A DNA stretch of 64,000 nt from Vicugna vicugna (GCA_013265495.1 MU063892.1:7287308-7351307), one strand, 5' to 3'; counted from the stretch's first letter, positions 51,149 to 63,715 are shown. Numbers and translations: made by a program. The notes: a model not told the origin generated them from the letters alone.

Positions 51149-52196
51149 ACACCCCTGGCTGGAGGAGAACCCAGGCAGAAAATACGGCCCACTCTGCAAC
51201 AACACCACCTCCCCTGGCAAATCCCAGGGTCCCCACAGTAGCAAATTCAGGGAACTAACCCAGCCTAAGAATCCAAGGATGCCTGGGGTGGGGAGGCGGG
51301 TTGCACCCACAGACATCCCAACACGAGATAGGGATTACAAAACATGGGAGCTTGTCTGCCACTCAGAAGCTACTTAAAAGTCTGTTTTCTCATCCATGTA
51401 GGTGGGCTGCTTTAAGGATCTGATGACAAGCAGACCATAAAGTCAAGTCGGGAAGGGATTTCCAGTCACCAGATGATCCAGCCTCCTCATTCTTACTGCT
51501 GAAGAACCAGGGGTCTTGAGTGGTTAAGGTCACAAAGCAGGTTAGAATGAAGCGGGGACCAGAACCTCTCCCAGTGTTGATCCCTGCCCTGTCGAGCAGG
51601 GCCTGGTGAGCCTAGGGTCCCTTACACCGACCTCAGAGCCCCTGGGAAAAACTGTCAAGCCACTCATATCCTTGATGCCAGGGAGTGTGAGTCCCTTGGT
51701 CCAGCCCAGCTTTGGTCCCTGTGACCGTGGGCAGGTCACCCCCGTTTCTGAGCCTCTATGTCCCCATGCACACAATGAGAGAGTTGAACAGGTCATCTCT
51801 TGGGGCTCTCCCCCTACCCTAACCAAGCCTCTGCAAACACCCCCACTTTGCTGAGTCCTACGGACATCTCTGAGTGTGCAAGCCCAGGAAAATCAAACAC
51901 ACACTTCAGAACAATGTCCCCAGAGGTCAGGGCCTGTGTGCAGAGGCCAGCACAAAGCAGGACTTTCCCAGGCCACCTAGAAACCTGCAGTGTTGATGTC
52001 CCTGTAATTCCCACAAATCCCCAGGGAGGCTCCCCGGTCACCGTCCTCTCTGTGCTCGGCATGTAGAGAGAGAGGGAGGAAGGCCTTTGTAGCTGCCCCA
52101 CTAAAGGTAGAAGAAAGCTTTCCAACTTGTAATGAAGCCACAGTAAACAGAAACCTGGCAAGTTACTCTATTACTGTACTACCCAGTACGGTAGCA

Positions 52197-52348
52197 NNNN
52201 NNNNNNNNNNNNNNNNNNNNNNNNNNNNNNNNNNNNNNNNNNNNNNNNNNNNNNNNNNNNNNNNNNNNNNNNNNNNNNNNNNNNNNNNNNNNNNNNNNNN
52301 NNNNNNNNNNNNNNNNNNNNNNNNNNNNNNNNNNNNNNNNNNNNNNNN
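52197..52348. other. N gap (152 nt) adjoining an L2 3' remnant
   Basis: Run of N; right flank is L2 terminus-like (52349-52460). Confidence 0.98.
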
Positions 52349-53287
52349 CTCCACGAGAGCAGGGACTTTTGACTTGTTGACAACTCTAACCCAGCATCTG
52401 GCACAAGGCCTGACTAAGGAGAGCTTCAATAAAGACTTCATCAGTGAATGAGTGAATGACTTGAGTAAATGAAAGGGGAAATGTCTTGTAGATCATAGTA
52501 CACCTAAATGTCATACATTATCATGGAAAACATCCCCACCTTACCTTCCCAGCTAGGCCACTTGCAGGAGGCAGCCGTGCCTCACTTCAGATCCTGTCCT
52601 CTGCCACTTGCTGGCTGTGTGGCTATGGAGAGTGACCTAACGTCTCTGAGCCTTAAATGCTGTGCTCATCTGGGAGATGAGGAAGTAACAACCACCTCAG
52701 AGGAGGCAGGGAGGGTCACATTAGATACCAGCAGTACCTAGGACAGAGGGGCTACTAAGTCACTGGGAGCTGTTTCTCCCTTTCTCAGTTGTTAGAGAAA
52801 AAACATAAATCACCTGCCTCGTCCTGTAAGGAGACGCAATGAATTTAGATGAATTCTCCAAAATCCCCGCGGGAAGGCTCCTCTCTAGAGTCAAAGCCCT
52901 CAGGAAGTGAGAACACTGCAGTCCCAGCTTCAGACTCACAGTTGCTCCCTGACATCAAGGGGGAGAAACCTGAAAGGGTGTTTTGGTCACAGCGCCAGGG
53001 GAGCAGGGGGTCTGAGGTTGCCTGCAGGGAAGGGAGGACCTGACTTCTAGAGATCAAAGTCAGTACAACCCAGACTCCTCCATTTCCAGGTGCCGGGGCC
53101 TGGTTGCCTCCCGACCCCTGCTCCAAACATGGGTAACCCGAGAAAAGCACCAGAAATAACCTCTTAAAAATGCATGACTTGCTTGAGTTTCCAAGCACCA
53201 AGTAAATCTGAGTCTCAGCACAGAATGCTCTGGACCCCAGAGCAGTGCTCAGGGCCCAGCAGTCTTGCCAGGCTTGTCCCCACCTAC

Positions 53288-53343
53288 CTTGAGTCTCCCC
53301 CCGTTCTCGGTGTCCTCGCCTCCTGGCATTCTCAACAGTGGGT
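53288..53343 (-). CDS. RGS3: RGS3 C2-PDZ linker exon: (D)PLLRMPGGEDTENGGRLK, 56 nt
   Basis: Acceptor tcatcttccag|ACCC, donor AAG|gtaggt; phase 1 to 0, joins the PDZ exon in frame. Confidence 0.92.
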
Positions 53344-53979
53344 CTGGAAGATGACAGAGCAGAGTCAGAAAGCTTCCGCTGGCATGTAAGTGTCCCTTTC
53401 ACAGACCACCCAGAGGATGAAGCCAGGGTACCAGGCCTATGTGGCCGCCCAGGTACACTGCTGGCTTCCAGGATGTGGGAATGCCAAGCTCAGGTTAGGC
53501 CGGGGCTCAGGAGCCAGGTCTGCATGTGGGAAGGTCAGAGAAGAAGGGGGGAAGTCTTAGGACCTACACGGCAGGGCCTACACGGCCTGTCTGCAGAGGT
53601 GGGCACCCCAAGGTCAGCAAGGCAGCCTAGAGGGGATCCTCAGACCACAGACCCTGGGGAGGGGCCATGCAGGAAGCTCCTAAAGCCTGCCCCTCCACGA
53701 GAGGTGTGGGGTGGGGGGCTGAACCACACGGGGTCAGGTCATAACCCTCTCCAAGGAAAGTCCAACCAGATAAATAAAGGCGTCATGGGCATGAGGCTGC
53801 CTGAAGCCTGCATTTCAGCAGGTGCTTGTGAGAAGTCCCTGGACCCATGGTCTGACCGCAGCCTGGGGTGATGCATGTCACAAAACACAGGCACTGACGC
53901 TACTATACAGGTAGGGAGTGGGGTGAGGAGCCACAGGGGACAGCATGTCTGGGCAGAACTGAAGGTGGTGGGCATGCAC

Positions 53980-54070
53980 CTCTCAAGGGCCGCAGTCTCC
54001 GTCTGGCCACCTTCAGGTGCTTGGTCCGGCCCAGGTCCTCCCCAAGCAGGTAGTACCAGCCATTGATCTC
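53980..54070 (-). CDS. RGS3: RGS3 end-of-C2 exon: EINGWYYLLGEDLGRTKHLKVARRRLRPLR, 91 nt
   Basis: Acceptor cttgtgacag|GAGATC, donor GAG|gtgcat (weak); GWYYL motif typical of the C2 C-terminal strand; phase 0 to 1. Confidence 0.93.
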
Positions 54071-55228
54071 CTGTCACAAGAGAAGGTGTGACATGCTCAG
54101 AGGAGGCAGAGGGCACAGGTCAGGCAGCCACTGATCCCCATCCAAAAGCAGCAGCTAGAGAGCCTCGCTCAGGAGCAGACACTCCAGCCTCCCTGCTCCA
54201 AAGGGAGCTGCCATGCCTGCACCTCCAGGTAGCCTTCCCTGATGCTCTGGGCAGAGCTGGTCCTCCCCTCTGCTGAAATCCCATCACCTCTTATCCCTGA
54301 AGAACAAGTCTACACACAGGCCTGCCTCCCCCACTAGACCATACATAGGCTCTCTGCCATGCCTAGCACCGTGCCTGGTACACAGTAGGAGCCCAATAAA
54401 TGTTGGCAGCACAGCAGGGAGGGAGGCATAAGGGTGAGGCCAGAAAGTAGGCATCCTGAGGCTCTTAAGCAGTCCTCAGGGGAAGTATCTTCTCCCAAGA
54501 GGGAATGAAACAGAGGCTGCAGTCAAGACAAGATATTTGGGACCCACGTGCAGGATAAAGGGGCCTCAGCCACCTATCCCAGACTTCACTTTCAGGACAG
54601 AGTTGAGTGGCAGGGTCACCTGGCAGCTGCATGTAGCAGGCCTCCAGGCCATCTCCAGGATGTGCAAGAGGAGCACGTCCTGCCCCTGCTCAATGCCTCC
54701 AACGTGCGGAGTGCAGTCCGAGTAGAGACGGACTGGGGACTGGCCACCCACAGGGAGGGGCCTCTAGATTCCAGAGTCCTCACCCAGGCTGAAGGAAAGC
54801 TCTAAAGAGGACACTCACTCCATCCCTGAGCACCTGCTAGGCCGAGAAACATGAGACCTGGCAGACAACGTCAAGGGGACCCTGGAACAGACTACGAGAA
54901 GCACCTGGCCCTCATCCTCCAGAGCGGGGAGTGCTCTGAGCTCCAAGGGACCTACCAGTGTCCTTAAAGGCAGACAACAGACCCAGAGCCTCCTGGAAAG
55001 ACTTGGAGCTGACTAACAACTGGTCTCTGACAAGAACAAGCCAAGATGGGGACCTGGATCCTTAGTCACACAGGTGACAAATACTGTTATCAGGCCACGG
55101 GGCACCTGTCTCAGTGGGTACCATCTCACAGACATAAGCCCCACCCAGTGGCTTCCAGACAAAGGCCCCTGCCTGGACCAGCCCTGGCCTGGATGGACTG
55201 ACCTACCAGGAGCTACCATGGGACCCAC

Positions 55229-55289
55229 CTTGTCCGGAGTCAGGAGGGACTTCAGTCCAAAGCTCATGCAACCAATGAGTCCACTCTGT
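55229..55289 (-). CDS. RGS3: RGS3 C2-domain exon: (R)QSGLIGCMSFGLKSLLTPDK, 61 nt
   Basis: Acceptor ttctcccag|ACAGAG, donor AAG|gtgggt; phase 2 to 0. Confidence 0.94.
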
Positions 55290-58102
55290 CTGGGAGAACA
55301 TTAGAAGCCCAAGTCAGCACCTTTTCAGCGGGTGATATCGGGAGGTCGATGGTCAAGTGTAACATAGGTTTGCCTGATGCACTGTGGTTTACAAAGCACT
55401 TTTACCTCCATCATCTATTTGATCTTTCCAACTTTGTGAGTTAGGTTGGAGCAGAGTTATTCTCTCTGTTTCAGAGAGGAAAACATTGAGGCTGAGTTGA
55501 TCCCCTTCCCAAGGTCACAGGATGAGTTAACAGTAGAGCCCCATGGGAAAGCCATGGGGCAGCACTCCCTCCACCAACCACAGAAGCTCAGCACTACCTC
55601 ACAGGTTTGAAATGTCATGTACTGGTTGGTCTGAAGAGCTGGTCCCCACAGGGAGTTCTAGTTTCCACAGCAGCTGGTGATGCTCAATCCAAGAGAAAAG
55701 TTATGGGACCTCAAACTTAAGAAGCTTTGTCTTAGGTCCAGGCAGGACCCGAGAAGTGCTTGGACAGTTTCAGATGAAGGTCAAACCAACCTGCCACACA
55801 AAAGGCACCAAGACCAACGTGACCTGGCTACCAGCTGGGCAAACGGGCATGAGTCAGGGTCAGGCCTCACAGCGATGTCACACTGTGCCAACTGGCTGAG
55901 TTCAGTTGGGTCTTTCTTGGCTAAGAGTAATTAAAAGTTCCTGAAAAATGTCCATTATTGAGTCCTAGTGTCCAACAATCAGGGACTGACTGATATTTGG
56001 CAGCTTTCAATAATGATAGTAGACACGAATATTAATTTAATGCAAAAAATAACCTTGCTATTGTGAGAGAAAAGGAAGTTTACAAATCTGTAGTTTAATG
56101 AGAGAGACATCCACCAAAATATTAATAATGGTTGTATCTTGTAGGTGGGGTTAGAAGGGTTTTTGTTTTTTCTTTTGGGTTTTTAGTGTTTTCAAATTTT
56201 TACAGGGAATAAGCAGTACTTTTGGAATCAGGAAAAAAAACGGTATAAATCTATGCGAAAGTACTTCTGTTCTACCACATCTTTCTCTATCCTAACACTA
56301 GAGTTACTTTTTTTTTTCCTGTTCTCTTTTCTCTTAGCACATCCCCAACTCAGGCCCCTTCAGAGATTGGTTTAATAGCTATTTATCAAGAAACAACATG
56401 GGTATTAAGACAGGAGCAGAACCTGATGTTTGACTTCAGTATCTGAGGGGCCCACATAGATGAAGGACTTGGCATGTTCTGTGAAAGGCATAATATCAAA
56501 GCCAAGGATGGAATGAGCTTCCTGGATGAGTAGTGAACTAACTCCCTGGAGTTGTGCCTCTGGGAACCAGGTCTAAGGGGCCTGAGCAAAACCACTGGAC
56601 CCCCTAAAGAGCCTAAGTCCTGTGCCCCAGAGTCTACTCCTGGGGATCCAGACCCAGTAAATCCAAGGTGGGGTCTGGGCAGGGCAGTCTGGAGAAATCT
56701 GTTCACCGTGCCTGCCCCAGTCAAGGGCCAGTGGTCTAGAGGGTCTTTATAAACACATATTGTTTGGATTCATTGGAAAGGGTGGCAGCTTACCACCCAA
56801 CAGTCCTGGGCGAAAACTGGCTTCTTGTCAGTAGCCAAGCCAAGTGAGGGGCAGGGAAGCAGAATGCTGGAGACTGATCATCAAAACCGGTGCCCCTGCC
56901 CTGCAGTGTACACCCTGCACCAGCCGCTCTCACTCTGCTACTCCCTCTGCTCTTTCTCCCTGCTCCCCTTTCCTGCAGCCTGGTCCACCTGCTCCCCGCT
57001 CTTCCTTGCCCCCTCTCATCATACAAGGCCATATTAATAATCTACCCATAGAGGACAGTGCAGTCACTCCATTAGAGCGACTCTTCCATAACCACCTCCC
57101 CACCCACCACCAAAAACAAATACTCCTCCCTCCTGGGAAGTGGCCAAGTCAGCACTAACGGAAGGGCAGCTGCAGCAACCACGATGAGCGGCAGACACTG
57201 ACCTGAGCTGCTGTTCCAGGAAAGCCTTGTCAAGACTTTGCTAAAGTCCTCATCACTGATTTAGTTTTGTTTGTCAACCCATTCAAGAGCAAGCCAGCTG
57301 GTATCTAGGTGCCCATACGGCCTTGCTGTGCACTTTTCTTTCACACTGGGTATGGCTGCAACTTTCTAAATCTCCAGGCACGATGTTTTAGCTGTAATAA
57401 GGGCTGCCTCTCCTTGCTCTTCAGTAAGTGGAATTTTCATTCCTTGGTGCTTAGAGAATGCTAAATGGTTAATAGCCTCCCATGAGCTTTGCTTCCTGCT
57501 AAGGGGCCTCCGATAATTTCATGGTGATTCAGGCCAAGCAAACTGTCACAATTATATCCATAAGGAGGACCTTCTAAGTGTTCTTCAACTAGCTACTTCT
57601 GAAGCCTGCTTTTGAAAACCTTTGGAAGAAGAAAGACTCCTTTTACATGCAATCTGAGTACACTGCAATATACCAGTCAGGTAATAAACGGGAGAGCCTG
57701 AGATTTCTGAGACCACCTGAGATTTCTCCAGGCACAAAGTCTCAGGGGTCAAGCCTTGGTTACCTCTGAATCCCAAATTCTGAGCTCAGGGCTTAGTGCA
57801 CTAAGTGAAGGCTTGGCAGATGGATGAATCCATCATGTCTATGGTTGGCAGGTACTGGGCAAGGAGCCTCAGCATTAAGGAAACAAGACAAACATGCAGG
57901 AATTTAAACAGCAATTTAAGACAGCAATACAAGGGATATACTGACAGATTGACAGATTGACAGAGGTGCTTAGGACTGAGATGCACAAAGAAAGCCTAAA
58001 CAGTTAAGCCAGAGAGAACGATAGGAAGAGCATTTCAGGCAGCAGGAACAGCCAGTAGAAAGGCTCAGAGGTAAGGCTTCATGGAACACTCATAGGGAAT
58101 AG

Positions 58103-58251
58103 CAGTCAGCCCTCCTGCAAGGATGCAGAACCCAAAGGTACGGAGGGCCGACTTTGCTATACCACTTTACATAAGAGACTTGAGCATCTACGGATTTTGG
58201 CATCCAGTGGGGTCCCAGAACCAATTCCCCACAGACACCAAGGGATGACTG
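58103..58251. mobile_element. TcMar-Tigger MITE (MER2/Tigger-family, internally deleted)
   Basis: Termini cagtcagccct... and ...agggatgactg plus TA; internal gacttgagcatctacggattttggcatcc...cagaaccaattcccc. Confidence 0.7.
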
Positions 58252-58792
58252 TACGTGGCTCAGTTTACTTCTGAACACAGGATAGGAGACCTGCTACAAA
58301 ATGAAAGTGCATTATTTTGAGGGAATGTACTTTAATTCTTTCTCTCAGGGGCCTTAAACCTACTTCTGCTGCAGATTTGTCCCACTCAATCTCAATTTAT
58401 TTTTAATTTGATGGCTTAAACTACACACATATTTTTCCATTCATTTTTTCTTTCCTTAGGCTCAGTCCCCATCTCAGGTCACAAGCTCTCTTAACATTAC
58501 AGCACTGTACTTGGCAATGAGGTCCTGTTTATAAAATAGACTAAAGGAAAGGATACACTTAGAGTACCCAGGATAGTGTGTGACACACAGCAAGCAGCCT
58601 CTCCATATATGTAGTTACTACTAGTATAAAAGATTATGTTTTTCAAATGTATGTTGTGTGTGTTTGGGGTTTTATTAAACTTGGTGCATAACATTACAAC
58701 TTTCTCTACGATTGTTCTCTGACCACAAGTTCTGAAAATGCTCTGATTGATGCTAGAAGTTCCAGTTCGGCTTTTACCAAATAGCTTAGTTC

Positions 58793-58846
58793 ATCTGTAC
58801 ACCAGAAGTTGACACAATATTGTAAACTCACTATACTTCAATAAAA
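58793..58846 (+). mobile_element. Ultra-short L1 3' stub (about 54 bp) with exact 14-bp TSD
   Basis: ctgtacaccagaagttgacacaatattgtaaactcactatacttcaataaaaaa flanked by aaatagcttagttc at 58779-58792 and 58847-58860. Confidence 0.85.
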
Positions 58847-58860
58847 AAATAGCTTAGTTC

Positions 58861-59150
58861 CACAGTTACTGATATTAAGGAGTTACTGTTAATTTTTAAA
58901 TGTGATAATGGCATTGTGGTTGTTTTTTAAAGCCATCTTTAGAAGGATATTAGCTGAGATGAGATGACATTTGGGGTTTGCTTTAAAATAATCCACTGGA
59001 GGAGGGGAAAGTAGGTGGGGACATAGAGGAAATAAAATTGGCCATATATTTGTAACTGATACAGCTGCGCTACGAGTATACGAAGGTTTATTATATAATA
59101 TTTTCTACTTTTGCATACATTTGAAAATGTCTATAATTTCTTAAAAACTC
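58861..59150 (+). mobile_element. Old L1M 3' fragment
   Basis: tgtgataatggcattgtggtt...tggggtttgctttaaaaataat...ctacttttgcatacatttgaaaat. Confidence 0.55.
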
Positions 59151-59559
59151 ACAGAACCTACAAGCTGAAAGAAACCTTAGCGATCACTGCATTTTCCAGA
59201 AGAGGAAACTGAGGCCCAGAGTGGGGAAGGGACCTACCCACAGTCTTACAGCGAGTTAGAGCTTAGCCAAGATCTACTGCTCTGAGGCCTGGTTCTCCTC
59301 AGCTCCCACTGTGATCACCATGTGAGCCTGAAATCATCCAGCCCTTCCTCAGAATTTCTCTGTAGATCATCTTGTTTCTCTAATACAAATTTTCAGCCAT
59401 CACTGGAAGAATCATGAGAATTCGTGAAACAGATGCTTCTCTTTTATCCCCTATCAGTTTCAAAATGCATCTGTCACATATTCAGCTGGATGTAGTTTTA
59501 TATAAACTACATTAAAACTACATTATAAATGCTCTGGGAAGTAGCCTGAAGCCTGGGGC

Positions 59560-60030
59560 ACAAGCATAGTGACACAGAAAGGGTGTGGCTTTGGAGCCGT
59601 TTATCACCTGTGTGAGCTGGTCAAGTACACTATAATGTGGTTTCCAGTACATGAGTTTGGTGCCAAGCTACCTGGATTTGCATCTTGTTTTCACCATGTC
59701 CTGGCTGTGTTACCTTGGACAAGTTACTTAACTTCTCTGTGCCTCTAAAAGAGCAACACTAGTAATGCCTATCTTATATGGTGCTGTGAGGATTAAATTA
59801 GACAATGCATGGAATATGCTTAGTGTCCACACACTTAGTGGACATTAAGTGCTTAATAAACGTGAGCTATTATATAACCTCGGGCAAGTTCCTTACCCTT
59901 CGTAAGTCTCAGCTTCCTCTTCTCTGAAGAGAGGGACAATAATAATTCCTGCCTCTCAGGACTGTGATGAGGGTTAAATGAGATAATGTATGTAAAGTGC
60001 CTGGCACAGAGAAGAGTTCACAAATGTTTG
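59560..60030 (+). mobile_element. Cluster of MIR fragments
   Basis: Repeated MIR core phrases (ccttggacaagttacttaacttctctgtgcctc; gtgaggattaaattagacaatgca; gagggttaaatgagataatgtatgtaaagtgc). Confidence 0.65.
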
Positions 60031-60379
60031 TTTCCTTCCTTCTGTAATTGTCCTTCATGTTGTTAAGTTGAATGTCCGTCCTTCAGAGAAGCACAATTTG
60101 ATTTGAGAGTGACCAGCAGGGCGGAAATTTCCGGCAATCACTCTGTCCGTCTCCTCCAGCTCAGAGGCCTTCTCATTCAGAGGTGGAGCGTTTCATGCCT
60201 CCCACCCGCTGCGCCGGTCACTGTGGTGCTGGCACCTTGGGCAGGGCCATCTGTTCGGAAAGCAGGCCTGCCTGGGCCTGCTTTGTCCCTCTTGAGCTTT
60301 GGGTTGGGACTGTGACCACGAGTTGGACTGTGTTTTGTTTAATAAGGAATCTCACTTTCCCAAAATAGGCAACAAGTGG

Positions 60380-61190
60380 AGACACTGCCTCTGTCACGCT
60401 GCCTCACTGGGTGCTGACTCACTTTCCCCAGCCTCGCTTTCTTTTCCAAATATCGCCAACTACACTGCTGTGTCTTCTCCAGCAGCATTTTTCCTGGCTC
60501 GCTCTGGTCTCGCAGGAGAGTGGGTCACAGCGGAGGGAGTGGCGACTCCCGTGGTTTGGTGTCTGCCTCTGGCACCTGCCCCACCCCTGGCCTCTGTCCA
60601 GGGGGCTCGCTGGGCATCGTTCTGTCCCTCTTCCTCCTCTGTCTCCTTCAGTGCTTTTCTTTCCCATGCCCATCCCTTCAAGACAGGATCCTGACCCTTG
60701 GTCCTTGGCACCCACCGTCTTCCTCACTGGTCTCACCTGCTCAAAATTTCACCCACCACCTTGGCGGCCATGGCTCCCCCATCTCCGCTGTGGCCACAGG
60801 CCTCTCTCTACCCTGAGCTCAGGGCCAGCAGAGGCAACCCATACACAGCTCGCAGCTGGCTGCCCTCCAGGAACCTCCATCTCACTGTGTCCAAAGCTGG
60901 CTCCCCTTCCCCTCCAGTACATTCTGGCTTAGTTGGAGACATCATGGCTACCCAGGAGTTATCCTTGACTTCTCCCACTGTTCTCACAGCCAAATCCCCA
61001 CTAAGTACTACTGTTTTAATCTCCTAAATTATACCCTGGGTCTGTTTCCTTCCTCTATATCCCTAAATCATCTCTCTCACAGATCACCACAAGAATCTCC
61101 GAGCTCCTCCCCAACCTTCCAAAGACCTCCCAGAATGACGGATCTAGATACATCTGTCATTCTCTTGCTCAACAACTCTTCAGTATCTCC
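60380..61190 (+). mobile_element. L2 LINE internal remnant
   Basis: C/T-rich decayed L2-like text (cttcctcactggtctcacctgc, tccttgacttctccc, tgtcattctcttgctcaacaactcttcagt). Confidence 0.5.
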
Positions 61191-61196
61191 CCATCA

Positions 61197-61378
61197 CCAG
61201 ATTCCCAAACGCCAAGCTGGCTGCATGGGATTCACCCTGAGAACTTGTGTAAATGCAGATTCCTAGGCCCTACCCATGAAGATTTGGGTTTAATCAATCT
61301 GATGTGACACCTGGGAACCTGTGTTCCTCACAAGCATCCCAAGTGATTCTGATGCACAGCCAGGATTGAGAACTATTG
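61197..61378. mobile_element. hAT-Charlie element (MER5A-like)
   Basis: ggctgcatgggattcacc...aaatgcagattcctaggccctaccc...aagtgattctgatgcacagccaggattgagaactattg. Confidence 0.65.
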
Positions 61379-61414
61379 GAAAGGAGAAAACTCACACTCC
61401 AAAGAAAATCTAAA

Positions 61415-61863
61415 CTCTTTTAGCCATCTTGGACCTGTGGAGGCCTGCTGAGAACTGGACTTCTAAAATGATAAATACATCTGGAAGCTGTGATCCAAGG
61501 CCATTTTTGCTGGCCATAAGTGGGGTCTCTGGAACCAGAGGGAGCACGCAGTTCTTAAAGCTGAAGGTGTTTATACTCAAGATGAAACTGAATTCTATCT
61601 AGGCAAGAGATGTGCTTATATGTACAAAGCAAAGAACAGTTAACTCCTGGGGGAAAATCAAACAAAACCAGAGTAATCTGGGGAAAGGTAGCTCACGCTC
61701 ATGGAAACAGCAGCATGGTTCGTGCCAAATTCCGAAGCAACCTCCTGGCTAAGGGCATTGGACACAGAATCTGGGTGATGCTGTGCTTCTCAAGGATTTA
61801 AATTTATTGAAAGTAAATAAATATAAGTGTGGATTTGTTCTCTTGTAAAACAAACAAAAGAAC
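61415..61863 (+). pseudogene. RPL35A: RPL35A processed pseudogene (full-length retrocopy, intronic, antisense to RGS3)
   Basis: Intronless. Has a pyrimidine-rich 5' start and RPL35A-like 5'UTR (gccatcttgg..ctgtggaggcctgctg). ATG is lost (ACA) and there are indels and a premature TGA. Decayed frame ...[34 protein letters not shown]...SRI*, AATAAA at 61816-61821, and an A-rich tail. Confidence 0.93.
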
Positions 61864-62970
61864 AAAAACAATCTACAGAATCATCTGATGCAGTTTACGC
61901 CAACCTCTTCATCTTATCTCCATCCAGTCCCTAATTTGAACTTGACCCTCCGGCAATACCAATGCTTTGCAGATCCTTCCCTACTCCTACCCTGCTCTCT
62001 GTGCCCTACTGGTTCCTCCTTCTGTCCAGTATAGTGTTGAGACTGAAGACTCCGGGGTCTAAATGCCTGGGTTCCCTCCCATCTTGGCTCTACTGTTCAC
62101 AGGCCATGTCACCTTGGGCAAGTTACTCCATTTCTTAGCTTTAGCTTCCTTCTCTGAAATCTTAAGACAAAAATATACTTTCCTTTGAGTTGTTTTAAGA
62201 ATTAAATGAGATAATACACTGTTAAACCCTGGCTTGTGGTCAACACCCAGTAAATGGTGTGTGGCGTCCTCCTCATCACCCACACCCCCAAGCCTCTGTC
62301 AGTGATCCTCTCTGGAGCAGGACAGTCTCTGATTGATCCCATGTGTCCCCAACACTTGCAGCAATGTTACCACATGCGTAACCAGGAAATGGCCGCTCAG
62401 TGAATGAGGTCTACAGTCCCATAAGCACCATCCCATGATAACAAGGAGATGCTCTATTGAAAGACAAATCCTTCATTATGAAGGTTGAATAAGGCTCCAC
62501 TTTAAAAGCATACTGACTATCAAATTTAGGGCACTAAAAAGCATGGAGCCCCAAAATATTCTCTGGGTCTAAGCTGGTGAGTCGAGCTGATTTTCATCCA
62601 CCTGGGCCCTTTTCCGGTCACCAAGTGGTTCTACGATTGTTGGGCAAATGTTACTGACCACAGATTCTCCCAGATTTCTTGGGCTGCACTAGCTGAATGA
62701 GCCCCTGCTGCTCACAGCGGGCCATGCAGTCAAGTGCTCTCATCCCCTTCACTGAGCTGCTAATTCTCACCCTCACTACTCAGCACTCCTCCTCTGCTCT
62801 GTTCCAGCTGCCATGGCTGATGATCACATCTGGCCTCCTGTGTCCCGGGAAAGGACATACCCCTGCCTCCTTGCCTTTGCTCATGCGGTACCCCTGCCTG
62901 CAATGCCCTTCCCAACCTCCTCTCCTTGTCTTATTCTTCAGCTTTCCCTTGAGTTCAAAATCCCACTTTT

Positions 62971-63158
62971 TGTAAAATAGATAAACAACAGGGTCCTACT
63001 GTATAGCACAGGAAACAATATACAATATCTTGTAATAACCTATAATGAAAAAGAATATGAAAAGGAATATGTATGTATAACTGAACCACTATGCTGTACA
63101 CCAGAAACTAATACAACATTGTAAACCGACAATACTTCAACTTAAAAAAAAGAACTGG
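62971..63158 (+). mobile_element. 5'-truncated L1 3' end with exact 15-bp TSD
   Basis: L1 3'UTR (ctgtatagcacagg...ctgtacaccagaaactaatacaacattgtaaa...A8) flanked by caaaatcccactttt at 62956-62970 and 63159-63173. Confidence 0.88.
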
Positions 63159-63715
63159 CAAAATCCCACTTTTGGCATGAAGCCTTCCTTGCCCTCAGCC
63201 CATGATGAGCTCTCCCTCTTTCCACACTTACTGTCCTATTATTCATTTTATTCTTTTATTCATTCCACCAATAATTACCAAATATCTACATGCTAGGCAC
63301 GGGGTACAACAGTGACTAAAAGAGAAACGGGCCCATTTTTCATGGAGCTTCTACTCCAGCGGAAGTAAGCCTGGGCATGTTGTTACTGCCATCTGTCTCC
63401 ATGCAGACCCTGGTGTCCCCTCCTGAAAACAGGTATCTTGAGAGCAGAATCCCTGGGTAGGCTGGTTGGCATCCCCAGTGGCCAACAGTGTCTTGCTGAT
63501 ACCAAGGGCTCACAAATGCACCTTGGTAACATGATCCTCGACATCACCTAGAATGACAGGCACTCAGGAGAGTGGCAGCCTCTCAAATTTAGCAATGCCA
63601 CTACCATTCATTTATCCAACAGGCACTAACTGAGCCCCTGCTATATGCTTGCCACCTGACTGTCACCCATGAGCCCAGAGCAGGATCTCTTCTCCAGCTC
63701 AGCAGTTCCCCTCAC

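Noticed and set aside
50579-51316. Long ORFs that run through N gaps (also near 6164, 13816, 18606 and 52163)
   Set aside because: Their length is an artefact of N runs hiding stop codons.
59819-59849. 12-bp near-perfect hairpin (cttagtgtccac/gtggacattaag)
   Set aside because: Lies inside a MIR and is too short for a miRNA precursor; most likely a local template switch.
187-62975. Most entries in the six-frame ORF track
   Set aside because: They are short ORFs in introns, repeats or antisense to exons, with no recognisable product. The real coding signal is the spliced minus-strand RGS3 exon chain.
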